Source of the DNA: Perna viridis
Lineage: Eukaryota
Length of the DNA stretch: 64,000 nt
Direction of reading: 5' to 3'
NCBI GenBank assembly: GCA_037379345.1
Contig: CM074519.1
Coordinates: 4,278,001-4,342,000 of the forward strand
Of this stretch, positions 39,301 through 51,064 are shown piece after piece. The notes below the pieces were generated by a model. It had not been told where the DNA came from. It made no database searches and worked only from the letters and a program-made list of their open reading frames with translations. The translations under genes and the position numbers were made by a program. Numbering within the stretch: the first letter of the stretch is position 1; the number at the start of each line of letters is the position of its first letter.

Positions 39301-42300
39301 CTATTTGATAATTAAATATTTATTACACTCCTGCAGGTTTTATCTCCTATGTAAGATCTGACATATTGTGTGCAGGTTTTGTATTTAGACACTTTTTTTT
39401 TGTACATTTTGGGCATTATCAACTAAAATTATTTTAACATAATTTTATTCCTTTTTCAAATCAAGATTTTACCATTACAGTTCTCTTTATATTTTTTTTA
39501 TTAAATTCAAGTTTTTCCAATAGCCACTTTGTTGACCCTCTAAAAATCATGTGTGTTAGTAGTAGGAAATAAATTTGCTCACTCAGGATTATCTTTTTAT
39601 ACTCCAACAATTAAAGTATATTAGAAATACCATTTCAGTCTATCCATCTATATGCTCCATCAAAACAGTTCAATGGATTTTGAGGAAATTTTATATTATG
39701 GTTTGAAAACAATAATTTGGTAGTTGCATATTAGTCTTCCAAGACATAGTATTGTAAGAGTAATAATGTGGTTTCAGGTCTCTATTCCTTATGTTTTAGC
39801 TAAGAAGATTCCAGGTAGTATGCTGTCCTTTGTAAAGAATAAAGAAAGTAGTCCTAAGTTACCGCGAGTGGACTCAGTACGGTACAACCCTAAACTAGAG
39901 ACGGCAAGTGGGGACACTGGTGAGTCATCATTAAATGGTATTGTAGTTTCACATGAAGATGAAGATAGGGGAGTGGCACTGACTCACAAAACATTGGTCA
40001 TCAAACATTTGATAAAAAAGGAATAAATAAGTCATTCTAAAACATATGTATTAAACAGTTAAAAATGAACTTGGGGCATTTAAGCTACAGGGATGAATTA
40101 CGAGGTAAACAAACAAAGCAGATATTGGCAAAATCGAAAGTAAATATACAGTAAAAAAAAGAATCGTAACGGTAAAATCCAGATTTGAAATAGCAGAATC
40201 CCGCAAAAAAGCAGAAAAAAATTGTCTCTGAAGCCAACATCGACCCCTGTCCATATTTTTCAGCTCTCAGAAAACAACATGCTTCTGTCTCTTTGAATAG
40301 AACATATTGGTAACTCACACACTCCTAGAAACAATTGATAAAAAGAGGTCAGGTGCTTCATTTTACTGTAAACTCAAAAATTATTGCTATCAAAGTGTTA
40401 TTTTAATTAATGTGATATTGAAAAAATCCTACTTCTATGGTACCAAAAGACACAAAAGCTGAAAGGAGAACTTTGATTTTGGGAAAAAACAGTTTTGTCA
40501 CATTTTTCCTGTAATAAAAGCATCACAACAATTATTACTTTACAGTATCATAGTTTATAAATTTACTGTTAGGCCAATGAAAATGTATTGGTTTTTATTT
40601 GAGTTGATTTTCATTGTAGATGAACAAGATGGTTTTTCCTTCCTGACCACCAGTCTTCCTGATTCTGATAAATACAAGTCAAATAAACAGTTTACAGGAC
40701 CTCATATCGAACTACGTAAGTAAAGAAGGTCTAAATATGTAAATTAGTAATATATTTCATAGGGTCTAATAAAATGAATAACAGAATTCATGGGGACTCA
40801 TAAATGTAGATTTTGTTCCATTAATAAATTTATAGATTGATACAAACTATTTAAAATTAAATACCTAAATTATTAATATATTCCATAGGGTTTGATGAAA
40901 TGAATATTAACAGAATTCACAAGGACTGGAAATTGTTTTTACAATTAGAATGCAGAAATGTATTCAGTATGATAGAGTGCATAGTATTTTTAGGAAAGGA
41001 TGTTACACCTGAAAAGCACATTCAGAAACGACAATACCCTTTACTACATCTTGGGTGATACAGTATAAGTGGTTATTTTTTGTGTTGACTTAATTTTCAA
41101 TATAAGTTGAAAAGTTCGTCTGCCGCAGAAATTACATTATGCCAAAAAATCCTTACCCAGTTTTTGTAGAAGAATGTGAAATTTTCTACAAAAAAAAACA
41201 AACAAAAAAAACACTTACACGGTATATTTATTTGATGTGGTATTCTTGTGCTCACTATGTATGTAATGATTAAATGCCTCATAGTTGTACTCTCGTTCTT
41301 ATCAAACTGATTATTATTATAGAAATGGTTATTCTATTTTTAGAATATGCTGATCACATGGCCAAGTTTTACTGCAAAGTTTATTTTGCTGAGCAGTTCA
41401 GAAAGTTGAGAAAGTTAATCTTTCCTGCTGGAGAGGAAATGTAAGTGCCTTTAATCTGCTCATAAGTTTTCAGAAGAATCTTTTAAATTGAATGAAGAAA
41501 TATTGTATGGAATTCAAACTTGTTGCTGATTCAAAGAGCTTTTGCCACTTGTAGTAATAGCTATTTCCGTTAATGCCTTTGATTTATGTTCATAGGTTTA
41601 TAAGGTCATTAAGTCGCTGTAAAATGTGGGATGCTAAAGGTGGAAAATCCGGATCAAAGTTCTGCAAAACTGATGGTAAGTGTTCCAACATGTATGTGTG
41701 TCTTTTGTTTGGATATTAATGCTTAAAACAAATTGTTCAGAACTAAATTTAGCTCTGAAACAAATCATAGTACATAGTACTGAAGAATGCTCCAAGGATA
41801 AACAGTGTAGTTCTCTACAGGGAAGATTGGATATTGATAAAAAAAATATAAATGGCAAAAATACAAACTTTTATTCTAACAAAAACTTTGAACAGGGGTC
41901 TGGAGGATGTGCTTTAGAAATGAATAAATTTGAATTTTAGTCTTTTTAAAATAAGCAGAAAGATTGTTTAGTGACCTCAGATTTTCTGTTAAAGTAAGGA
42001 GTATCAGATATGTTGTGTTCATTGGAAGTCGGTAAAACAATTATATGTAATAGTTATTCAATTATTTTAGAACTAGATAAGTTTCCAGTACAACTCGTAG
42101 AATCATATAACATTTGCTAATATTGAAACTTAAGGAGGTAGATCTAGGATAAGGGAAATAACTCTTTGAAATGTTTGTATCATATATTAATTTCACCAAA
42201 GCCTCTCAAGCTTCCATTTGAAACAGAATGAAATCATTCCAAGTTACCTTTGATTCTTACATGAGATTGATGTAACATGCTGAATACAAATATTCCAATG

Positions 42301-45300
42301 ATTTGTAAGAGTTGTATCACTTACCTTAGGTCTACCTCTTTTAAATCAAGTATTTAAAATCCTCGCTTTTAAGTATGTTCATCTAATATCATCTACTGGT
42401 TCATTGTACCAGAAAATAAAAAAGTTTATAGAATAGATATTACGATCTATCCTAAATGATATTATGAATGTGATACTTTTAATTTTAATGATTCTAATAT
42501 TTTATTGACTTGTTTTGTTTTTTAGATCAAAGATTTATACTGAAACAAATGTCTAGTGCTGAGATTGATGTGTTTGAAAAATTTGGACCAGAATATTTCA
42601 TATTCATGCACAAGTCCTATGGGGAACAGGTGAGCTGAATTTAAGCATGTGTATAATACTGCTGTGTAGCTTTATGTTCATTTAGATTTTATCAACTGTT
42701 TAGTATTGCTGTGAAGCTTACCGGTAATGTCCATTTGATGAAGGTTAGAAGGGACTAGAAGTTATGTTAATGACATAACAGAACCATACCAAATTTGTTT
42801 ATACAAAATCAACTGGCTTGCTCAAAGAGAACTAACCAATCAAAAAGCTTGTTACAAATCAAATAAAATTAGTGATCAATAGAATGTATTTTTCATGACT
42901 TGTCAAGGTTATTATAACATAATGATTGGGTTTGTTGTCTTTTGAACTCTTACTGCACAAATGCTATTTTCTTGTAAACAAATACATATATAATCAAAAT
43001 GTGTCTATTGGCTAAATATTGTCAAGGCTTACACACGAGAGGCTGTCAACCCAATTATGGCACGGCTCAAAAAATAAAATTGTACCTTATATACATGACA
43101 TACCTTGTACATTCCTTATGTATTCTTTAAACTGAAAATATTCTTACGTTTTCCTTTATTAAATGAATTCCTTATAAAATAATATGCCTTATAATAAATG
43201 GATTCCTTATATTAAATGCAGTCCTTAAGTACCATTCTGTGTAAGAATCAGGCAATGAGTGGCACATCATAATTCTCAATTTGGTCTTTTTTGCCTCAAA
43301 TATATTCAATACATCTATAAAACAACTGAAAAGCTATTTGAATTTATCCTGAAGTATCTGTGATGTTGATATTTTTTGACTGCTTATATACGGAAAAAGT
43401 GTGGGAAAATTTTATAAACACTTTGATGGTTATTTCTGGAGGTTATCAGGTTTAAATACTTGGTTAATGCAATAAAATTTCTGTCTTTTTTTTCTTCATG
43501 TGCCACATTTTACATACATTTTGCCTGATTCTTAGACAGAGAAGTACTTAAAACCTTATAGGAAATGAATTCCAAATATTATATGCACTCTTTATATATA
43601 TTTCAATTTTTGATTAAGCACATGAAAGAAATATAGAATGCTAGCAATGGGTGACAGAAGCTCAGAGTGTAAAATAATTAAACATTGGAATATGAATTGA
43701 CCATTGTATATCTCATTATAGAAGCCGACAGCTTTAGGTAAGATAGTAGGAGTTTACAGGATAGGATTTAGAAATACACATACTAATGCTGGGATGAGGC
43801 AGGATTTACTGGTTATGGAGAATCTGTTTTATGGAAGGAAAATATCACAGGTATGAGAACTCTACATGTATCTCCTGAAAAATTAGTCCTATATTTTTAT
43901 GATATATGTACATATTTGTTTTATATACTTCATGGTCTTGTCATTAGTTAATTAATTGTTTGTTGCCTTTAACTCCCTTCCTATTATTATAATTAAAGCA
44001 CGATGAGGTTTTTTGGTTTATGGTTGTATCTTTTAGTTCTTTTTTGTAGGATGTGACCTTTGTTTGTTGTCATTTTGATATGATATATACCTGGTGGTAT
44101 TTTGTCTTCATAGTAGATGTGTTTATACTTGTGGATGCCATTGAGGAAAAAATGTATTTCCCATTGTTTCCATACTGAATTCTCCTTAACTTTTAAAATT
44201 ATGGCCTGACAATGTAAAATTACATTGTCTCTCTGATGTCAGAAGTGTATTCAGAGACAAATCTAGGGTCATTTGGAGCAAATTGACAAGTCTGAATTCA
44301 TGTATTTTCCATATAATTTCATGTCATTCCAACCTTTGCTTTTTACTGTAACAGAACACATTACATGTTTTTGTGAATTTTTATTTGATATAAATCTTGA
44401 AAATTTTGTTTTAGACATTTGATCTGAAAGGTTCAGAGAGGAACAGACTGGCTGCTACCTCAGGGAAACAAGATGAAGAACAGGTGCTCCTAGATACCAA
44501 TTTACTTAATTGTGAGTATAGATTTACTAGGAATTCCTAGGTAAAATTTGTCAAACTTGGAAAACCTTGGTGAACTTCCTTGTGTTCTAGGAGTATTTTT
44601 TTTAGCCTTGGTAAAAAGATGTTATTCGTGTATTGTTCCCTGCTCATTGGTTTTAGTTTTTGCATTGTTAAATGTAAAAGATATTATTCATGTACTGTTC
44701 CCTGATCATTGGTTTTAGTTTTTGCACTGTTAAATGTAAAAGATGTTATTCATGTACTGTTCCCTGCTCATTGGTTTTAGTTTTTGTTAAATGTAAAAAA
44801 TTGTATTAATTACTGAGGCATTAATGAAACTCACTAATTAAGAACTGAAGGGAAAGGAAGAAAAAATAAACTACATTGCATTTAAATCTTGCTATAACTT
44901 AATTTTTTTCTATTTTGTTAATTGGTATAATCTATGTTTATATTTACTGAAAGAATAGTTGTAGCACATTGTCAAGTTAGGTCTTGTTTGTGACTTCATG
45001 AGGGTCAATTACTCCACACTCAGTGATGCAAAAAAATCCCATACAAATATGGTTTCATTAGGATTCAATTCTTACTATTTGGACTGATAACAGTTAGAAA
45101 TACAAGTACAAGGAATGCTTCTCTTTTTTAACAGGTTGTACAAAATGACCTGGGTTTGGCCAGTAAACTGCTGTAATTCATATTATTTTGTATTATTTGT
45201 TAAAAAATTAGAAACGATTGTTAGTCAGACTTTTGAAATATAGTACAACTTCATTATTTCTTGGAAAATGTTTTCTAACTTTTTACAGTAAGCATTGAGT

Positions 45301-47422
45301 CACCATTGTACATCTATCCACATTCTAAAACATTGTTGATGAATGTCATCAGCCGAGATTCACAGTTCCTCTCCACAAACCTTGTCATGGATTACTCCCT
45401 ACTGGTTGGACTGGATGAAAACAAAAATGAACTGGTCCTTGGAATTATAGGTAAGTAATCTATTGGTTTTGTGGTATCTCCATTGCTAATGTAATTAGTA
45501 TATGAACTTGAATGTATTTGTTTATTGTACGAAATGAGAAATGTCAGTTTAACTTTGATAGAATTTATTTTCTTAATTATTAAATAAATAGTATAATAGA
45601 CAAAATTTTAAAATAAAATTTCAAATCTGTTTCTTTTTTATAGAATTGTGATGTAAAAAACTTTTTTATAGTGTCCAAATTTTCTTTCGTACTCAGTTTT
45701 TTTATACTGTATGGAAAGTTATTTTTTCAGGTGTAAAATTTTGCAATTTTGAGGCAAAAAGATGTATGAAAAAACTTTGCATTTCTAATTTTTCCCCATG
45801 CTAGTTGGTCACGGAGCACTGAAACCCAGTATAAATACTTTGCAAAATTTTTTGTGGCAATTTTAGACAGTCAGCTAAAATACCGCAAAAAGGCTTCCCA
45901 CAAAAATAGCCTCTATACAGTATTGAAGACATTTGTCATACTTGTATATGGAACTTAACCTACCGGTACCAGATACATGTACCTAAAATACTACAGTGTC
46001 TTATAGAAACATGTATCGGCCTCTATGTGACCAACCCTACCACAAACATGTACCTACAATACTACAGTGTCTTATAGATACATGTATTGGCCTCTATGTG
46101 ACCAACCCTACAAGATATATGTACCTACAATACTGCAGTGTCTTATAGATACATGTATCAGCCTCTATGTGATCAACCCTACCAGATACATGTACCTAGA
46201 ATACTACAATGTCTTATAGATACATGTATCAGCCTCTATGTGACCAATCCTAAACAGTTACATGTACCTGTAATCCTACAATGTCTTTTTTAGAAGCACA
46301 GTGTATCATAATGAATGTGACTGTTTTTGCTCTCAGTAAGTTTGTGCATTGTTTCTCATTACAGACTACATTAGGACATTCACATGGGATAAGAAGTTAG
46401 AAACCATCATAAAATCTGCTGGAGGTAAATTATTGTTGTCAAATATTTCTGTTCTGAAAATTATGTGATTATATACCTGGTTGTAGCCTATCAATTTTTG
46501 TGGTTTCTTTTAGATGCATCTACATATAATTATGAATTTCTTCCAAAATGTTAACTATTTTTGTTGGAGTCATTGAAAAGAAAACTAAGTACATTTACTT
46601 ACTAGTTGTCAACTCCATGAACTACAAAAACTGATAGCCAAATATTTAAGGTACTTTGTATAGTGAGTATCACATTGTCCTTCCCACCATTTGTTGATTT
46701 AAAAGGTAAACGTAATTTTGATCTAAATTAAAGATGCCACAATGTTATTTTCTGTAATGGAGTTCCAGTAATTATACACTTCGGATTAATTCTTTAATAT
46801 ATCATTTTTGCTCTGCTCTCCTATCCCATCATTAAGTGATGATTAAAAATGTTTGTATAAAAAATCAACCGCTGTTATGTTTTACCCTATTAAGTGTCAG
46901 TCTCTGTAAGAATGAGGCAGTGGGTGAAACATTGTATGAAACAAACCCACTATTTTGAAGGATAAGTTTTACATTACACCATCAGAATCAAGGAAAAAAA
47001 ACAAGATTTTCCATATCATTTTGGTTAATTGAGTTATAATTTCATTGAAATTCACTGAAAATGAACATTTCAAGGGTAGATAACTCTGTCAAAAACCTCA
47101 TTTTGATTACATTCTATTGAAAAATGTCTGATCAAATCCAGTAATGCAGAGATCAAATAATGGTCTTATCAAATAGCAAAAGCATCTTTAAGTGAAATTA
47201 TATTTTCAGATTGGTGGTTTTTTGGGTCTCTCAATATTATACATCATTTGCATGTATCCATTATTCAATAACATGTTGTCTCTCTTTATTTTTTTAGGTA
47301 AACTACCAACAGTTGTGTCCCCCGATATTTACAGAAACAGATTTTTATCAGCAATGACTCGATATTTCCTTCCTGTTCCTGATCTGTGGACTGGAAAGGA
47401 CTTTGACCCTGTTCTAAGTTGA
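340..47422 (+). CDS. PIKFYVE: 1-phosphatidylinositol 3-phosphate 5-kinase (PIKfyve/Fab1), multi-exon, 5'-partial
   Basis: Phase-consistent GT-AG exons traced by eye: 340-423,1322-1557,2065-2254,5336-5507,5898-6015,6976-7133,7864-7975,8279-8384,9170-9238,10796-10864,11374-11494,12285-12465,12858-13037,13264-13410,14344-14473,15279-15373,15478-16491,18195-18314,20073-20173,20911-20982,23197-23383,23597-23775,26230-26349,26884-26986,27800-27875,30526-30613,31165-31708,31936-31990,33814-33858,35410-35460(or 35532),36608-36790,37455-37560,37833-37928,38229-38294,39227-39273,39800-39919,40620-40715,41344-41440,41596-41675,42526-42629,43722-43850,44415-44511,45289-45450,46365-46424,47298-47422(TGA). 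Domain order FYVE-DEP-CCT-CCR-PIPK is diagnostic. Confidence 0.96.
628..1158 (+). mobile_element. SINE-like / non-autonomous retroposon with structured 5' head and (AATC)n tail
   Basis: High similarity to a second copy at 13437-13800; ends ctgaaatattgctgcccaggcgttaaacctcagc(aatc)n; degenerate TSD cgtcattgtcc/cgttgatgtcc; inserted into the start of a HINE-like fragment. Confidence 0.75.
2065..2254 (+). CDS. PIKFYVE: PIKfyve exon: FYVE zinc finger (completed by exon 5336-5507)
   Basis: KQYWMPDESCKECYDCGDKFTTFRRRHHCRICGQIFCSKCC carries the WxxD and RRHHCR motifs; the next exon gives IRVCTYC. Confidence 0.96.
2416..3005 (+). mobile_element. HINE-like (Helentron-associated) element with amplified 3' end
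   Basis: 5' tatacccctac subTIR, then a gtct/cctt microsatellite, two ~190-bp internal repeats, and a 3' gtaggggt subTIR inside a 22-bp tandem array (2825-2982). Confidence 0.6.
4117..4259. mobile_element. Small MITE (caggggcggatccag-type TIR)
   Basis: gcaggggttgatccag ... ctggatctgcccctgc inverted termini. Confidence 0.6.
6976..7975 (+). CDS. PIKFYVE: PIKfyve DEP-domain exons (6976-7133, 7864-7975)
   Basis: GVEMQSHRIRLKTYYKCIVGNKLVDWLL / QAVVIGQALLDAGYLE...FQDNFALYK. Confidence 0.9.
7165..7374. mobile_element. TA-flanked MITE (tactgtgaaagtact termini); related copies at 14612-14781 and 23778-24232
   Basis: tactatgaaagtact ... agtactttcacggta inverted termini. Confidence 0.65.
9481..10375 (+). 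mobile_element. HINE/pearl-like element (family also at 19490-20040 and 21056-21797)
   Basis: 5' ggccatgtgagctattg plus (gtc)n; ~330-bp internal repeats; 3' aggtgaacgattc followed by an aggctc-ccag-gagcct hairpin. Confidence 0.7.
12285..15373 (+). CDS. PIKFYVE: PIKfyve CCT/Cpn60-TCP1-like domain exons
   Basis: VRPDVREEGDDMNILKYIKFKKIPG..VHGVVFTRNIAHKQM..IEYQRVENKFSSLEPQILQE..IVEKSVSRLAQ..FDGCAQHLGCTIVLRGG. Confidence 0.93.
13437..13800 (+). mobile_element. Second, 3'-truncated copy of the same retroposon with a triplicated 33-bp head
   Basis: Collinear with 628-960; three units of cccgtgcaggtccgggtgtcaaaagaatag at 13437, 13470 and 13503. Confidence 0.8.
15478..16491 (+). CDS. PIKFYVE: PIKfyve large central exon (ORF 15487-16506)
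   Basis: ttgtag acceptor at 15477 and CAG|gtgatt donor; in frame with flanking exons; LLSCTPYIKYRVPYLETEEG motif. Confidence 0.92.
17010..17525. repeat. 29-bp minisatellite, ~18 copies
   Basis: ccatgtggagtgtaggggcatcactttgt unit. Confidence 0.95.
19140..19305 (-). mobile_element. Dispersed repeat family (copies also at 22610-22850, 25225-25375, 33355-33546, 36830-36985, 54390-54560)
   Basis: Shared aaagtaaatgagcaactcagactccactaaaaactgggagcatggaccaggtgc core in both orientations; likely a retroelement-derived terminus. Confidence 0.75.
19490..20040 (+). mobile_element. HINE/pearl-like element
   Basis: Homologous to 9481-10375; ends in an aggctc-ttca-gagcct hairpin. Confidence 0.65.
20073..26349 (+). 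CDS. PIKFYVE: PIKfyve conserved Cys-rich (CCR) region exons
   Basis: NDITLGGFLEKFCF, CPSENCEIPLLDHVRRIVH, MWNWCRKCRQATPLVAMSNDTWSLSFAKFLELRF, CNHSLHHSFSQYF. Confidence 0.93.
20121..20405 (+). repeat. 56-bp tandem repeat of exon 3' end plus donor site (5 units)
   Basis: agttcacattctgacagttctaccaattacccaaatccatgtgttcctccacagta at 20121, 20177, 20233, 20289 and 20345. Confidence 0.92.
21056..21797 (+). mobile_element. HINE/pearl-like element with both termini
   Basis: ttttagctcacct 5' subTIR, aggtgagc 3' subTIR followed by an aggctcc-tg-ggagcct hairpin, and two internal repeats. Confidence 0.75.
22610..22850 (-). mobile_element. Most complete copy of the dispersed repeat family
   Basis: Matches the 19140, 25225, 33355, 36830 and 54390 copies. 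Confidence 0.75.
23778..24072. repeat. 49-bp tandem repeat (~6 units) derived from a MITE left end
   Basis: tgtaaaagtcctattgtttgtggggtatcaatatttttgttttcttggg; continues into a MITE body like 7165-7374. Confidence 0.9.
24525..24906. mobile_element. MITE family with gtaagaatcaggc/gcctgattcttac subterminal IRs (also 28385-29180, 38815-39203, 43226-43551, 46890-47220)
   Basis: Repeated inverted motifs and shared internal sequence among copies. Confidence 0.7.
28171..28383. mobile_element. TTAA-flanked MITE (Kolobok-like); second copy at 42130-42344
   Basis: ttaaggaggtagacctag ... ccaggtctatctccttaa; the two copies are collinear. Confidence 0.8.
29463..30508 (+). mobile_element. HINE-like element whose 3' terminus is amplified as a 79-bp tandem array (29800-30508, ~9 units)
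   Basis: 5' ttttatacccccac subTIR plus (ctgtc)n; each unit contains the gtgggggtat 3' subTIR. Confidence 0.75.
31165..31708 (+). CDS. PIKFYVE: PIKfyve low-complexity linker exon (ORF 31166-31768)
   Basis: ttcacag acceptor and TCA|gtaagc donor; phase matches neighbouring exons. Confidence 0.85.
32420..32685. repeat. ~40-bp minisatellite
   Basis: gaatgtcaaggatgtgcttgcattgtgtgaatcataa-type units. Confidence 0.9.
33132..33610. repeat. ~53-bp minisatellite interrupted by a dispersed-repeat insertion
   Basis: atatcatgtcaagggaatatccttgattgtctacaactagcttcctactg units on both sides of 33345-33546. Confidence 0.85.
34095..34800 (+). mobile_element. HINE-like element with internal ~190-bp repeats
   Basis: cataccccc...gggggtata hairpin, gtct microsatellite, and repeated ggaggactc/cagcacaactcc units. 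Confidence 0.6.
35481..36420 (+). repeat. 66-bp tandem array (~14 units) copied from an exon 3' end plus donor
   Basis: caattctctaattctgtggactctcattatgttctactgtagattacacaaggtaagttcataggt. Confidence 0.93.
41344..47422 (+). CDS. PIKFYVE: PIKfyve PIP-kinase catalytic domain exons
   Basis: YFAEQFRKLR, AKGGKSGSKFCKTDDQRFILKQ, LLVMENLF, FDLKGSERNR, VMDYSLLVG, LGIIDYIRTFTWDKKLE, PTVVSPDIYRNRF. Confidence 0.97.
42130..42344. mobile_element. TTAA-flanked MITE (Kolobok-like)
   Basis: Homologous to 28171-28383. Confidence 0.75.
44612..44800. repeat. ~64-bp tandem repeat, 3 units
   Basis: taaaagatgttattcatgtactgttccctgctcattggttttagtttttg. Confidence 0.85.
45955..46290. repeat. ~70-bp minisatellite, ~5 units
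   Basis: acatgtacctacaatactacagtgtcttatagatacatgtatcagcctctatgtgaccaaccctacc. Confidence 0.88.
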
Positions 47423-49867
47423 TGATTTCAGTGACTAGAATGCCTATTTTGTTCTTCTGTCCAGCTAGGCCATACCTGTTGGCCTTTTTGACCCAATCTC
47501 CCTATTTAAATCATATCCCCACTCAACAAGTAGGTTAGAATAATCATGTCTGTCCAAATTTTGTGGTAGTTATCTTGACTAAAAATGTATGGATTGATTT
47601 CAAATTTGGTATGTTGCTGCATATAGATGAGGCATATTGAATATTACATGCCAAAATCTGTATCACATCCTGTATCTCCTATAGCCGAGAGTCCTATATC
47701 ACCCCGGAGAGCCCACAATATATGTCCAGGGTTGATACACCATGTGATACAGATTTTAACATGTCATGTTCATTATATCATATATTTCAACCAAACTTCA
47801 AGTATTGTCTGTGAAGGGGTGCGATATAAAGTATGTGGTATAGGTCTATGGGTGTGATATAGGTGTGGAGGTGTACATGTGATTTACGGTATGCGATATT
47901 GGTCTAGATGTGAGATATTGGGTATGCATTACAGGGTTTAAACAAACACTTATAATACATTTACAAATTTAAAAATAATTTATCTTTGCCTGTGATATAT
48001 ATTTCCCTTTTATATATATATATATATCTATGATTTATCAAGTTATCACATTTATGATTAAATTGTTTGAACGGCAATCATTATTCAGTAAATGAAAGTA
48101 ATATGATAAAAAGTGAAATCTGTTAATCCAAACCCTGAAAAAAAAAACAGCTTTAACTTTATTATCTTCTGAAGTCTCAAGTCCTCTTCTGTCTGTTTCA
48201 ATCTTGAACTTTTGTGATAGAAAACCTGTTTAAAGTGGACAAAACCTTTAGCGAGAAGGTGGTTTGGTTTAGACGGATTTTACTGTACTTCAGTGGTATA
48301 TTTTTTAAAGTTCTATAAATTAATGGAGTAGGTATATTAAGTTCTCCTTATATATGTTATAAGGCTTAATTTGCAACACTTGTTTTCTGCATTTTGCTTG
48401 AGCCAGAATATTTTGTAGTATGTTGTAGAGTGTTCCTTAACTTAAACTACAAATTAGCCTGGCTCAATGTGTGAATTGATCTTTGTAGCAATTTTGATAT
48501 CTTCTAAAGACTCAAGTCCTCTTCTATCTGTTTTAGTTTCGAACTTTTGAAAAGGAACATCTGTCCTCACTGGACAAAAACCTTTAATTATAGTGGGGTG
48601 TGGTATAGACTGGTTTTGATGTATTTTAATGTTATATTTTAGTCCTGAAAATTAATGGAATTTCTTTTGCAGTAAGTGATACCTATTTAGTAATAATTTA
48701 GTAGCTTTCTCTAAGATATCAACTTATATGTATCTACTATAAAATTTAACATGCTGACTTACACACAATTATATGTATTTTTTTATGTGCAGTGTACATC
48801 TTGTTGATAAGCTTGAAGAATTGTTTTTTTTTAATATGCCATGGCTGTGCAATATTTTTTGTTATAGAAATTATTTAAATTAATTTATAAAATCGTCATG
48901 TTGTTTCTCTGACAGCTGTATGATCATAATAGGATATTGGAGTAAGAAGTTGCTGTATACTTATACAATGTATCACTAGAAACCAACCGGATATATCATG
49001 AAAACAATTAAAAAAATGTTGCTATATAGTTTCTAACATTTTCTTAGTTGCTAGTAATGTCTCATTTTGAAATCAAAGACTTTAAGTTTTAAATAATTAA
49101 TTTCAAAAAGTACAGTAATTATCAAAAGAAAATGGCCTAGGTAATGAGTGGTACTGTTCAGAAGATATCTGCAGACAAATCTCAATGAAACATTGGAGAA
49201 GTAATGTTTCATCAAGTTTCATTAGAAGTTTGGTTAATAATGACAAACACAAAAAAAAATCATTGTGATCATATTATCACTATTAGGTCTCACAAGATAA
49301 ATTGTAGATTAGTGTCCTGTGGCATATATTTCATGCATTTTGGGACAAGACAGTTGATCAATTGACCTTACACTGATTTGTACACATTAAAACATGCTTA
49401 TTGTAATGTCTTAACCAACAAGAACAACAACTCGCCTGTAGTAACTTGCCTGTTGTCATGGCGCCAAACTCGGAAACATTATTCTGACTTCAGGTCAACC
49501 AGTAGTCATTTTTTCGTCTAAATGATGCATGGCTGGCAGGAATTTATTACTTACAATTTAAGTGTCTGGAGTATGACACTTGGCAAGTTCTACCTCATTT
49601 TAGGCGAACATGATAATGCACAAACTTGGAGATGGTTCAAAACCCTACAAGGTTATTGTCCAAGGTTCATAATTACTTATTCATTTCATAAAATCCCTTT
49701 TGACTACAGACACACACACATGCAATTGACAAATAATTTAAAGCATAGTGGGACCCATATGATTAAAATTAAGATTCATTATTTGCTGTCCATTTTTATC
49801 AATTCTACAGATTTTGTTGATATAAACTAATGTAATGTTTGGAGATGTTCCCCATGTATTGAAAGTG

Positions 49868-50541
49868 TATGACAAGCCGTTGTGGAATTTATTCCCCATT
49901 TATTGATATCAATAAATTATTAAATGGTACATATATATTCACATGTTAATAAATAAATATTTATTTCCATGAATGATTTATCAATATGTTGATAAATATT
50001 AACGTTATTAAATCATTTATTGATTTCAATAATTATATGAAGTGTTAAAGTCGAGATACCACAACGGCACCCGTCACATGTATATGAAGCCCTACATGCA
50101 CGAAATGTACAGTTATAGATGTTATTTAACTAAATATTGATGATTACCCCTTTGCGTGTATAGCAGTAAATTGTTTCTATTTCATACTGAATAATATAGC
50201 TTAATGCGCACATAGACCCGTTTGGTAACGAAATGGTGCATATTATGAGTATCTCGTTTACCGTTGTCAGATACCGATCGATAAGGAACGAAATGACAAT
50301 AACATTGGATATTACCCGGCATAAAAGTCTTCCGGAATGAGATTCAATAACATGTTAATAAATATAATTATCAACATGTTATTAATTCATCTATTTATTG
50401 ATATCAATAAATCATTTATGCATAGGTTGATAAATATTTATTAACACGTTAGTATATATATATATATATATATATGAATATGTTATTAAATATTTATTGA
50501 TATTAATAAATGGGTAATAAATTCCACAACGGCTTGACATA
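49868..50541. mobile_element. Foldback/MITE with long AT-rich terminal inverted repeats
   Basis: tatgacaagccgttgtggaatttatt... and ...aataaattccacaacggcttgacata; arms contain tttattgatatcaataaa palindromes. Confidence 0.85.
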
Positions 50542-51064
50542 AAATTGTGTTCTATTTAAATTGACATGCTGGTCAATAGAAAAGTTGTCACCTAAAAACA
50601 CAACAGGTGGTTTAAACTGGAACAGAATGAACCGTATCAAGTGAAAATCAGATGGTTGTGTTATATATAATAATATTTTAGAGGCTGTTTTGTTGGAAGT
50701 CCGAGGGTATATTGTGTTGATTTTGAGCCCATATTTGCCAAGAAGTAAGTATGAGCTTTAATGCTTATAAGGCCCATATATAAGCCATTTAATCCCTTGG
50801 AGCTCCAATTGTTTTTATGAAACGACACTGGATATGCTAAAGCTCAAATGCAACTCTGAATCTTAACTTTTGACATTCTGGTAAGGCGAGACTAATAATA
50901 GATCAGGTTGCCGGCAATGAATACAATTTCATTTAAATATGGGCGATGGAAACAACTATTGTAAGCATACAAATTCATTTTTAAAATTATATGAAAGTTT
51001 TGTTTCATTTACAATACATATCATACTTAAAAAATGAATGAATTTGTGTAATTTCAATTCACTT

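Noticed and set aside
47210-47226. Candidate microexon restoring the activation loop
   Set aside because: Lies in MITE sequence, has the wrong length/phase and a poor donor.
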